From NCBI GenBank assembly GCA_965662235.1, contig CBFIGY010000017.1:1-64000 (forward strand): a DNA stretch of 64,000 nt. Reading direction: 5' to 3'. The position numbers and the translations under genes were made by a program. Below the pieces are notes generated by a model, which saw nothing but the letters and a program-made list of their open reading frames with translations, did not search any database and was not told the DNA's origin. This stretch comes from an uncultured bacterium (lineage in GTDB: Bacteria; SAR324; NAC60-12). Positions 19,010-28,700 of the stretch are shown here, one piece after another. Position 1 is the stretch's first letter. Every line of letters starts with the position of its first letter.

Positions 19010-19876
19010 TTAGAAGCCCCGGATCTGCGTCATGGCAAAGTCAGCTGCATCGCGGATCCGCTCGCTGGGATGCGTCGCCAGGGGCTCAAGGGTCGGGATG
19101 GCCCGGTTGTCCTTGAGCTTGCCGAGAATGCGGATGTGCAGCTCCAGCACCCGGACGTCATCCGGGGAGTTGGTGTAGCCCTTGATGCTGTCCAGCGTGG
19201 GCGCCACGGCCTTGCTGCCAAGACGTCCAATGGCTTCCACCACCTGCTCCGCCACCTCTTCATTTTCGAGGTATGGCAGCATCAGCGTTGCCACCCGAGG
19301 ATTCTGCATCTCCTGAAGGAGGGCAAAGGTGTCTCGGTTCTCAAAGAAGGACTTGCCCTTGAGGGTGGTGATCAGGGCCTCAGCAGCTGGGGCTCCGACC
19401 TGCAGGAGGACCTTCCGGTAAACCCCGCGGTTTGCTTTCTGAGACGGAAGGGTGTAGCGCCGTACCAGCTCATCCAGCGCAGGCTGACCGTAGTTGCTCA
19501 GCGCGCCACCGGCGGCCTGAAGAACGTCCGGATCGGCACTGGGCAGGAGGTCCAGAATCGGCTCAATGCCGGGCTCATAGCGGTTGGCACCCAGTCCCCG
19601 GACCGACTCCGCCTGAACGCGGTAGTTCGAGTCCCGAAGGCCCCGGAGCATCAGGCGTCCGGCCCGGTCGTTACCGATCTGCCCTGCCAGGCGGACGGCG
19701 CGACGACGGACTTCCGGGTTCTCGTCTTCCATCAGCTTTTCTGCCACATCCAGGGCGGCATCTTCCTGACCGGCCCGATACAGGGCTTCTGCGTCATCAA
19801 TGTTCTTGGTGCAGGCGCCCAGGCTGAGCACCAAAAGGGTGCTCACGAGCAGGAGCATGAGGTTTCGTAGCTTCAT
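19010..19876 (-). CDS. HEAT-repeat lipoprotein
   Basis: Lipobox LSLGAC; HEAT repeats (DENPEVRRRAVRLAG, DSNYRVQAESVRGLG). Confidence 0.85.
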   Translation of the reverse strand: MKLRNLMLLLVSTLLVLSLGACTKNIDDAEALYRAGQEDAALDVAEKLMEDENPEVRRRAVRLAGQIGNDRAGRLMLRGLRDSNYRVQAESVRGLGANRYEPGIEPILDLLPSADPDVLQAAGGALSNYGQPALDELVRRYTLPSQKANRGVYRKVLLQVGAPAAEALITTLKGKSFFENRDTFALLQEMQNPRVATLMLPYLENEEVAEQVVEAIGRLGSKAVAPTLDSIKGYTNSPDDVRVLELHIRILGKLKDNRAIPTLEPLATHPSERIRDAADFAMTQIRGF

Positions 19877-21255
19877 TGCGCACCTCCGGTCCGTTCAATG
19901 ACGATGTCCTTGAGTTCCGGGGCCACCCGCGGCTCCTTGAAGTCGATCTGCTGAGAGTCCAGAACCCCCATCAGCATGTCGGCGAGGCGGTCTGGCTTAC
20001 CGGCATAGCGCACCCGGATGGACACCAGCGAGGGCTGGGCATCGGCCAGCGTGTTGTCATAGTCGATGTAGCGGAACTGGTCGTTCTGCTTTTGGTCAAG
20101 AGACCCTCGGAAGCGGCGGACGTCGCGGCTGTTGAAGTCCTTGAGGACAATCTCATACGGCATCAGCTTGTCGCCTCCCACCGAGATGGTGGACATTTCC
20201 TTGATGACCTGAGGGACAAATTCCTTCTTCATGTCGCCGTAAGTGTCTTGCACGAGTCCGGTGATCATCGCTGATGGGATCACGTTGGGACCGCCCCGAC
20301 GCGCCACATTGAACAGTGAGTTGGCGAAGGCGCCACCGCGTCCAGTGGAGATGTTCTTGGCGGTGACATTGACCGACAGGCTCATGTTCGACTGAGGGGT
20401 GCCCCCCAGGGCCTGGATGTTCACCTCAACCACGACCTTGGCCATTTGCTGGAGCAGGGTCAGCCCGGTGGAGTAGAACGCCTCCGAATTCTGGATCTGC
20501 TCATTGAGCTGAGCCGAGGCCGCATCGCTGCCGGCGACAATGGCCATGAACTGGTCCTTGGAAATGCTCTTGAACTGGTCCCGCAGCGTCTCATCCGTCT
20601 GCATCTGCGTCACCGCATTGCGGAAGTCCATTGCTCGCAGGCCTCGCTGGTTCAGGTCCGTCTGGATCTGGTTCATCAGGGCATCTTCAATGTCTTGGAA
20701 CTTGAATCCGGAGGCCGAGAGGTCAATGTCCTTCTTGCTCGTGATGACGACCACGAGGGTGCTGGAGCTGGTGTTGATGAGCTTGAGGTCCTTCTGCAGC
20801 GCCACCAGCACCTTTTGGCGACTGATCTTGAACGCGGCATCAATTCCGTAGTACTTTCCTGCGAAGATGCGCTTCTCCGCGGTGACCTCAGAGTCTTCAA
20901 CGTAGTTCTGAAGGTTCTGGGAGAGGTACTTTTCGATCTGCTCGTAGTTGTTGTTGTAGGTCTCTTCCGTCAGCAGTTCACGGACCATTTCATCCACGGC
21001 ATACGCGGTGGCGGTGTTGGTGGCTAGGATCTTGGCCGAGCGGATGTCGTTCTGCTTGATGAAGGCCTTGGCCTTGACCCGGATCACCCGGACGTCTGGC
21101 GAGTCCTCTCGAAGCGTGACCCGTCCGTTCACATCAGCGAGGGTGAGGAAGTTTTCAGCCTTAGGCGGCGGAGCGGGCTTTTCCATGAGGCCGGAGCAGG
21201 CAGAGAGCGCCAGCAACGCCACCGGCAGGAAAAGGCGCAGAGTCTGTTTCAGCAT
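19873..21255 (-). CDS. Uncharacterised lipoprotein (460 aa)
   Basis: Lipobox LALSAC; stop overlaps the start of the HEAT lipoprotein. Confidence 0.82.
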   Translation of the reverse strand: MLKQTLRLFLPVALLALSACSGLMEKPAPPPKAENFLTLADVNGRVTLREDSPDVRVIRVKAKAFIKQNDIRSAKILATNTATAYAVDEMVRELLTEETYNNNYEQIEKYLSQNLQNYVEDSEVTAEKRIFAGKYYGIDAAFKISRQKVLVALQKDLKLINTSSSTLVVVITSKKDIDLSASGFKFQDIEDALMNQIQTDLNQRGLRAMDFRNAVTQMQTDETLRDQFKSISKDQFMAIVAGSDAASAQLNEQIQNSEAFYSTGLTLLQQMAKVVVEVNIQALGGTPQSNMSLSVNVTAKNISTGRGGAFANSLFNVARRGGPNVIPSAMITGLVQDTYGDMKKEFVPQVIKEMSTISVGGDKLMPYEIVLKDFNSRDVRRFRGSLDQKQNDQFRYIDYDNTLADAQPSLVSIRVRYAGKPDRLADMLMGVLDSQQIDFKEPRVAPELKDIVIERTGGAQ

Positions 21256-21282
21256 ATTTCCTTATCGTCGGGAGTTGGAGGA

Positions 21283-22209
21283 TTGCGGATTTTTTCGAAG
21301 AATGACATCTTTGAAGAAACCAATAAATTACCACCAGGTCCCTTGAATGGAAAGATGATAGTGAATCAAACCCGCGGCCGCGGTTGCAGACGAAAGCATC
21401 CGGGGCTTTTTCTACGGATATCAATGGGGTTGCTCCTGATGTGCCTCACCCCCGTGTTGGGGCAGGCGAGCATGATGCAGTGGGCGGACCTTCTGTATCA
21501 GATGAAGGGACAGGTCAGCTGGAGCGGGATGGAAATTCAGACGCAGGTGCAGGTGTTCGACCCCACCCGCAGTGAGCAGGACGCCAAGGGAAATCCACTT
21601 CCGGTTGAGGTCCCTGCCCGCTCTTACACGCAAACCATTCACTGGCAGGACAACGGGGTGCTGCTTGTGGAAACCTTTGACGCCTCTGGAACGCTGGTGC
21701 ACCTCTGGTGGGAGCATCACGGGGAGCAGCTCGAGTGGTCTGGAAAACCCGGCTTCACCCATGAAGAAGTCCGCTGGCCCTGGCTGGAATTTGCGTCCCG
21801 ACATCCGGACATCCGGGAACATGCGCTCCGAGAGTGGGGAGTGGAATCGCTGCAGGTGAGTCAGGAGCTGGATGAACAGGAAGATGCGTTTTACCGCGTG
21901 GGGCACCCGGATTCCGGGGCATACGCGTGGATTGACCCGAAGACCTTCCAGCTGCACGCGCTGCGGCGCCCGTGGACCGTTCCGCAGGGAAGCTGGCTTC
22001 AGGAGGTCCGCTTTGAGGAATTCAAGTCCTACCGACAGCAGGAGTACCCTTCGGTGACAGAGTTTCGCCTCAACGGGAAGCTTTACAAGCGGCTGACGGT
22101 CACCAAGGCACAGCGGTTAGGCGATCTGGCCATCGGAACCCTCCGAGAGCGGGTTCTGCAGAAGTCGATCCGCCCGCAGGCACAGACGTGGAGGGACGAT
22201 GCGAGTTAA
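21283..22209 (+). CDS. Hypothetical exported protein (beta-rich, possibly LolA-like fold); start uncertain
   Basis: Signal-like segment FLRISMGLLLMCLTPVLGQA; overlaps the surA-like start; true start probably downstream of 21283. Confidence 0.62.
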   Translation: MRIFSKNDIFEETNKLPPGPLNGKMIVNQTRGRGCRRKHPGLFLRISMGLLLMCLTPVLGQASMMQWADLLYQMKGQVSWSGMEIQTQVQVFDPTRSEQDAKGNPLPVEVPARSYTQTIHWQDNGVLLVETFDASGTLVHLWWEHHGEQLEWSGKPGFTHEEVRWPWLEFASRHPDIREHALREWGVESLQVSQELDEQEDAFYRVGHPDSGAYAWIDPKTFQLHALRRPWTVPQGSWLQEVRFEEFKSYRQQEYPSVTEFRLNGKLYKRLTVTKAQRLGDLAIGTLRERVLQKSIRPQAQTWRDDAS

Positions 22210-23107
22210 GCTCTTGACCCTCCTAGGAGGAGGCCTGCTGCTTGGAATCACTGCGTGGGGGGCTGAACCGCAGGTCATCGACCGTGTGGCAATTGTCGTC
22301 AACCAGCAGATGCTGACGCTCAGCGAGGTCGAGGAAGCAACCTCGGCGGCTCAGGCGCAGAGCCGTCTGCCACAGCTGACTCCTGAATTCCGGGGCCGTG
22401 TGGTCCGCCAGCTGGTGGAGGAGCTGCTTCTGCTGGATTATGCGCAGGCCAACGGCATTGAGGTAACGGATCAGGAGGTGGAGGACCGCCTTGGGGCACT
22501 GGAGGAGCGCAACCCGCAGCTGCTTCAGTCTTACTCACGGGTGGAGCTGCAGGAACGCATCGTCAAGGACCTGAAGCGGCAGCGTGTGCTGGGCCGTGAG
22601 GTGGACCCCAAGATTCGGGTGGAGGAGTCGATGGTGCAAACCGCATGTGAGCAGGAACGTGCGCAGTCGCGAGAGGTGGAATTGGGACAGATCCTCTTCC
22701 GGAAGGATGCCACGCAGGCTCAAGCCCAAGCAACCCAGGTCCAGAAACGTCTCGAAGAGGGCGCCTCCTTCGAAAGCCTCGCTCGCCTCTATTCTGATGA
22801 TCCGGCAGCTCAGGAAAACGGAGGGCGGGTTGGCTTCTTCCGCAGAGGACAGATTCTGCCAGAGATTGACCAGGCGGCCTTTGCCCTGAAGGTGGGGGAG
22901 GTCAGTGACCTGGTGCAGACGCAGTTCGGGTTTCACCTACTGACTGTCTTTTCGGAACGTTTCCCAGAAGGCAGCAGCTGCGGAACCTTGACAGAAGATC
23001 GCCGGCAGGCGCTTTCGGACCGGGCGTACCAGCAGGAACGGGAGCGGCTGGCCCGGGAGTTCCTCAGCAAGCTGCGTGAAACGGCTGAGGTCTCAGTCCG
23101 ACTCTAA
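22199..23107 (+). CDS. surA: SurA-like periplasmic peptidyl-prolyl isomerase (PpiC/parvulin)
   Basis: IDRVAIVVN SurA N-domain; FESLARLYSDDP..NGG.VG, VSDLVQTQFGFHL. Confidence 0.82.
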   Translation: MRVKLLTLLGGGLLLGITAWGAEPQVIDRVAIVVNQQMLTLSEVEEATSAAQAQSRLPQLTPEFRGRVVRQLVEELLLLDYAQANGIEVTDQEVEDRLGALEERNPQLLQSYSRVELQERIVKDLKRQRVLGREVDPKIRVEESMVQTACEQERAQSREVELGQILFRKDATQAQAQATQVQKRLEEGASFESLARLYSDDPAAQENGGRVGFFRRGQILPEIDQAAFALKVGEVSDLVQTQFGFHLLTVFSERFPEGSSCGTLTEDRRQALSDRAYQQERERLAREFLSKLRETAEVSVRL

Positions 23108-24715
23108 TCCGGGGGCGTCCGGATCCTCTCCTTCCTCCCAAAACCCAATCCGGATTCCCAGCTGCAGCGAACGTCCCCGCCGCGCTACCAGTTCGTCAGC
23201 GGAGCGCGTGACCCGCTGGGTCGGCCGGAGGCTCCATTCCAGCAGCTGATCCTTCATCTCGGCGAGCACTGTCGTGTGCGCCGGACTGCTTCCGAGGTCA
23301 TGCAGTTCGTCCGGATCCTCCTGCAGGTCATAAAGCAGAGGCCGGAAGCCGGGGGCATGAAGGTACTTCCACCGCTCAGTTGCCACCATGAAGACCCGCG
23401 CCTCCTCCGGAGCCACTCCCAACGCTGGCGCCATTGGCGTGACGGTGTAGTCATATTCACTGAACACCACCCCCTTGAGCAAGGCCTGAGGGCCGGAACG
23501 CAGCACCGGAAGCAGCGACTGCCCCTCGAGGCGGTGGCGCGGGATCTCTGCGCCAATCGCATCCAGAAACGTTGGGATGAGGTCAATGGCTTCCACCGGC
23601 GTGGTGCACGTGGTGCCCCGCGTTGCGTCGGCTTCGGCAGAAGGGTCGTAGCAGATGAGGGGAATGCGGACGGAAGGCTCATGGAACCAGTCTTTCTCTC
23701 CCAGCCAGTGGTCACCGAGGTAGTCCCCATGGTCGGAGGTGAAGACGATCAGCGTGGTGTCGAGCAGCCCCTGTTCCTTCAGGAAGGCAAACAGGCGTCC
23801 GAGGTGATCATCCAGCTGCTTGATGAGCCCCATGTAGGTGGGAAGCACGTGCTCTCGGACGCCGTCACGCGCAAAGGTTCGGCTGACGTGGGTCTCCATG
23901 AAGGACCGGTAGACCGGGTGCGCGGCTTCTCGCTCTTCAGGTGTCCGCACCCGGGGGAGGAGGTCTTCCGGACCGTAGAGCTGATGGTAGGGAGCCGGAG
24001 CAAGGTAGGGCCAGTGGGGCTTGATGTACGACAGGTGCAGGCACCAGGGCTCCGGATGCGTCTGGAGAAACGCGATGGCCTGGTCGGTGGTGTAGGCGGT
24101 TTCGGAGTGTGCTTCCTGCACTCGGGCCGGGCGGTGTGCGTGACGCATGTACCAGCCTTCGAGCAACTCACCCTGTGGGCCTTCTGCTGAGTTGGCCCAG
24201 TCATTCCAGGGATTCTTTCCGGGGTAGCCTTGCGCGTTGAGGTAGGCTTCATAAGCCGACCGCTCCGGGTTGTAGCGCCCTGCGGGTCCTTCCGGATAGA
24301 GTCCTTCCATGCGGTCAAACACCTCAAACCCGCACTCCAGCAGCCGCTTTCCCTGCGGTGACGCCAGGTCCACCCCCAAACGCTGCAGCTCCGGAAGGTC
24401 GGGGTAGAAGTGCGTTTTGCCCACCAGCCAGGTGTCTCGTCCATGAGGCCGCAGGAAGTCCCCCAGCGTCCACTCTCCGGGACGCAGCGGAATGCCGTTC
24501 CAGGTGGCACCATGCGACTGAGCATAGCGTCCGGTGTAGAAGGACATACGCGACGGACCGCAAATGGGTGAGGCACAGGAAGCCCGGGTGAACCGGACCC
24601 CCTGCGCGGCCAGCCAATCCAGATGAGGCGTGTGCAACGTCGGGTGCCCGTAGCAGGAAAGGTAGTCGGCACGGAGCTGGTCCGCCATGATGAAGAGAAG
24701 GTTCTGCACAGTCAT
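23093..24715 (-). CDS. Cys-type formylglycine sulfatase-family hydrolase (choline-sulfatase or phosphonate monoester hydrolase-like)
   Basis: NLLFIMADQLRAD, CGPSRMSFYTG, GKTH, KPHWP, TSDHG, LYDLQEDPDE. Confidence 0.92.
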   Translation of the reverse strand: MTVQNLLFIMADQLRADYLSCYGHPTLHTPHLDWLAAQGVRFTRASCASPICGPSRMSFYTGRYAQSHGATWNGIPLRPGEWTLGDFLRPHGRDTWLVGKTHFYPDLPELQRLGVDLASPQGKRLLECGFEVFDRMEGLYPEGPAGRYNPERSAYEAYLNAQGYPGKNPWNDWANSAEGPQGELLEGWYMRHAHRPARVQEAHSETAYTTDQAIAFLQTHPEPWCLHLSYIKPHWPYLAPAPYHQLYGPEDLLPRVRTPEEREAAHPVYRSFMETHVSRTFARDGVREHVLPTYMGLIKQLDDHLGRLFAFLKEQGLLDTTLIVFTSDHGDYLGDHWLGEKDWFHEPSVRIPLICYDPSAEADATRGTTCTTPVEAIDLIPTFLDAIGAEIPRHRLEGQSLLPVLRSGPQALLKGVVFSEYDYTVTPMAPALGVAPEEARVFMVATERWKYLHAPGFRPLLYDLQEDPDELHDLGSSPAHTTVLAEMKDQLLEWSLRPTQRVTRSADELVARRGRSLQLGIRIGFWEEGEDPDAPGLESD

Positions 24716-24889
24716 CTGGTCTCTGCTTGCGTCAGGGTCTCAAAAGGGGGCACTTTAGAAAAGCAGGTGGAGAAACTCAACGGAGAAATGCGTCCGGTGG
24801 GCTTCTCGGATTGACGATCTCACCCAGAAAGTGCGAGGCTTCCGATTGAGAGGCGTGTGCGGAACCAACCTTTTCCAAAGAGGAACAAC

Positions 24890-25636
24890 ATGAGACTCAA
24901 AAACAAGAACGCTATTGTGACCGGTGGAGCCTCCGGGTTTGGCGCTGGGATTGTGCGCAAGTTTGTGGCTGAAGGCGCGTCGGTGCTGATTGCAGACCAG
25001 AACCAGGCCCTGGCAGAAACGCTTGCGGAGGAGCTTGGCCCCCAGGTGTGGGCGCACGCGACCGATGTCGCGCAGGCGTCCAGTGTGGAGGCCCTTGCAG
25101 CAGCGGCACTGGAGCAGTGGGGGCATGTGGATGTGCTGGTCAACAATGCCGGAGTGACGCACCTGCCCGCGTTTCTGGAGGAAGTCACTGAGGCGGACTT
25201 TGACCGGGTTTTTGCTGTGAATGCGAAGTCGGTGTACCTCACGGCCCGGGCTCTGGTTCCCCACTTCAAGGCCCGTCAGGCAGGGGTGATCCTCAATGTG
25301 GCTTCCACTGCCGGAGTCAGCCCCCGACCGCGTCTGAACTGGTACAACTGTTCCAAGGGGTGGATGATCACAGCGACCAAGACCATGGCTGTGGAGCTGG
25401 CGCCCTTTGGCATCCGGGTCAATGCCCTCAATCCGGTAGCGGGAGAGACGCCGTTGCTGAAATCCTTCATGGGAGAAGACACGCCTGAGGTCCGGGCCCG
25501 GTTCCTGAGCACCATCCCAATTGGGCGCTTCTCCACTCCGGAAGACATGGGCAATGCCGCCTGCTTCCTCTGTTCAGAGGAGGCCTCGATGGTGACCGGG
25601 GTAGCGATGGAAGTGGATGGCGGACGATGCATCTGA
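24890..25636 (+). CDS. Short-chain dehydrogenase/reductase
   Basis: TGGASGFG, NNAG, YNCSK; ATG 24890 after AGAGG. Confidence 0.93.
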   Translation: MRLKNKNAIVTGGASGFGAGIVRKFVAEGASVLIADQNQALAETLAEELGPQVWAHATDVAQASSVEALAAAALEQWGHVDVLVNNAGVTHLPAFLEEVTEADFDRVFAVNAKSVYLTARALVPHFKARQAGVILNVASTAGVSPRPRLNWYNCSKGWMITATKTMAVELAPFGIRVNALNPVAGETPLLKSFMGEDTPEVRARFLSTIPIGRFSTPEDMGNAACFLCSEEASMVTGVAMEVDGGRCI

Positions 25637-25722
25637 AAATGTCTTTCATTGTCCCCCAATCTCCATAACCCTGTTTTGAAGCACTCCCGCACGAATCCCC
25701 TTTAACTTGTGAGGAAAACACC

Positions 25723-28700
25723 ATGACCGTTTCCCAAGCTCATCAGGAACTCCTGCAGCTGGTCTCTTCGGAACCCCTGAAGCGTCAGTTTGCCGAGCTG
25801 TTTCTGAAGCACTGCACCGAGCGCATGCTCGCGGAGTACACGACGCAGCAAATGGTTCACCTGCTGGAGAAACGCTTTGCGTTCTTCATGGAGTCCCTGG
25901 AGCAGGAAGTACAGGTCCGGGTGATCTTTCCTGAGGACGAGGAAAGTTCGGAAGGCCGGTGGCTGGTGGATGTGGTGTGCCGAGATGCCCCCTTCAGCGT
26001 CATCACGGTGGACAGCGTTTTGCGCGAGGAGGGGGTGCAGGTTGTCCGGCGCCTGCACCCGATGATTGCCGTCCGTCGCGATGCGCAGGGGCAGCCAGAG
26101 GCCCTGGAACGCGTGAGCCCGGGTGCCGAGGTCTATGACGTCCTCAGCATTGAGCTGCAGGCTGGGAACAACCGAGACCTTCAGGCACGGCTCAAGGGGC
26201 TGCTGGAACGGCACCTCTGGGCGGTGCGCTGCTCGGCACGGCAACAGCCTCAGGTGACGCAGTTTCTGGATCAGGCGGCCGTTGCGCTCCGCTCGCATCC
26301 GGAGGCGGACGAGCAGCAGGCGCTCATTGAGTGGTTCCGGAAGAACCTTGCCCTGTTCGGCGCAGTGGTGCTTCCAGGCGGTCAGGAGGCAGAGTCTTTT
26401 CAGCTGCCGGAAGGGGTGGGCATCCTCTCCTCCGAGCTGCTGGAGCTGTTTCCTGACCTAGAACGTTCCCTGAAGGCCAGCCTCTGGGAGCTTCCGGAGG
26501 AATCAATCAAGATCGACCGCCTGTATGCGTCCAGTCCGATTTTGCGCTTTGAACCGCTGATGCGCGTCAGTGTGCGCCTGAGTGCTCAGGAAGTGCTGGT
26601 GCTGGTGGGACTGCTCAAGCGGAGCGCCCAGAATTCCCAGGGCCGGGAAGTGCCGGTGATTCGACAGAAGCAGGAGCAGGTTCTGCAAAGCCAGGGGTTT
26701 GTGCTGGACACCTTTGACTACAACGAAGTGTTCCGCCTGTTTGCGGCAACGCCGATGTTTGAGCTCTTCCGGGCCAGCGAAGCCGAGTTGGTGCGACTGG
26801 TGGACAGCTGGCTTTCGGTACACAGTCCGCATCAGGTGCACGCCTTCCGGATCTCGGACAGGGGCGCCTCCATCCTGAAACTGCTGCTGCTGTTGCCCAA
26901 CCGCCTCTTCAGTGAAGCCACGGTGGAGCAGGTCCGGAGGTTGCTCAAGGAGCAGATTCCGCATCAGCACATGGAGTGCTTCACGGCTGAAGGGGATGAA
27001 ATCTCCCGGGTCCACCTCTACTTCTCCCTTCCGGATCCGACGTGGGAGCCGAACCTGACCCGCCTAGAACACGACGTTGCACGGCACATCACTCCTTGGG
27101 AGGAGCGCCTGCGGGCGGAACTGTACAAGACGCATCCGGGCACAGCTGGGGTGGATCTGTATCAGCGCTACCTTCCACTCATGCCGGCGCACTACCGGTC
27201 ACGGACCAGCTGCGAGGACGCGGTTCGGGACATTGAGTTCCTGGAACGCCTTCCCCATGAGTCTGGGATTGCGTTCAACCTGGTGCCCTTTGCCGTGTCA
27301 GGGTCGCAGCTGAACGGGGTGTCGCTGCTATACATCTACAGTCAGCACAAGCTGGACCTGCTGCTCAGCATGCCGGTGCTGCAGAACCTGGGGCTGCACG
27401 TGTTTGATCAGCTCACGGCCCGGATTGGGAACGACGAGCTGACCTTGGGGTTTGTCCAGTCCTTCCGGGTGCAGAAGCAAGGAGGCCGGCACCTAGAGGA
27501 AACCCACCACCGGCAGCTGATGATTGACCTGCTCAAGGCGGTGTTTCAGGGACGGGCTGAGAACGACCCCCTCAATGGCCTGCTGATCACTGCCGATCTG
27601 AGCTGGCAGGCGATTCATGTGCTGCAGCTTTACCGGAACCTGCTGCTGCAGCTGAGCGCTCCGTTCAGTCGCGAGACGATCAACGCCACCCTGCTCCGCT
27701 ACCCTGCGGGCGCCCGGTTGCTCGTTGACACCTTCATGGAACAGTTTGATCCAGATGCTGCTGCCGGCACCCTTGAGTACCGCCGGAAGGTGCTGCTGGC
27801 CAAGCGTCAACACGACTTCCGGGACCTGCTGCAGGACGTGGAGGACCTGACGGATGATGTGGTGCTCCGGCGTCTGTTCAATCTGATTGAAGCGTCCCTC
27901 CGGACCAACTTCTTCATTCCCAAAAAATCCGGAGACACCTTCATTTCCGTCAAACTCGACTCTCAGAAGGTGGACCAGATGCCGGTTCCGGCACCGTTCC
28001 GGGAGATCTACGTGCACGATGTTGGGATGGAGGGAACGCACCTCCGCTTTGGTGCTGTGGCGCGGGGCGGGTTGCGTTGGTCCGATCGTCCCGACGACTT
28101 CCGGACGGAAATCTTAGGGCTGGTCAAGACGCAGCAGACCAAAAACGTGGTCATTGTTCCGGTGGGCTCCAAGGGCGGCTTTGTGGTCAAGGGACCGCGC
28201 AAGGATGACCCTGAAGAGTCGCAGCGTCAGTACTGCAAGTTCATCTCGGCGCTTCTTGACGTCACCGACACCCGGGACGAGCAGGGACAGGTCCGGCACC
28301 CCAACCACGTTCTGGCTCATGATGGCCCCGACCCCTACTTGGTGGTGGCCGCCGACAAAGGCACCGCAACTTTTTCAGATACCGCCAACGCCATTTCGGC
28401 CAGTTACGGATTCTGGCTGGATGACGCCTTTGCCTCCGGAGGGTCCAACGGGTACGACCACAAGAAGGTGGGCATCACGGCCCGGGGGGCTTGGGAGTGC
28501 GTGAAGCTGCACTTCCGGGAGATGGGCCGGGACATTCAAACAGAGCCCTTCACCGCCATTGGCGTGGGAGACATGAGCGGAGACGTTTTTGGAAACGGCA
28601 TGCTGCTCAGTCCCACCACACGGTTGCAGGCGGCCTTTAACCACCTGCACATCTTCTTAGATCCGGACCCGGAAGCGGCCACCAGTTGGGAAGAGCGTCA

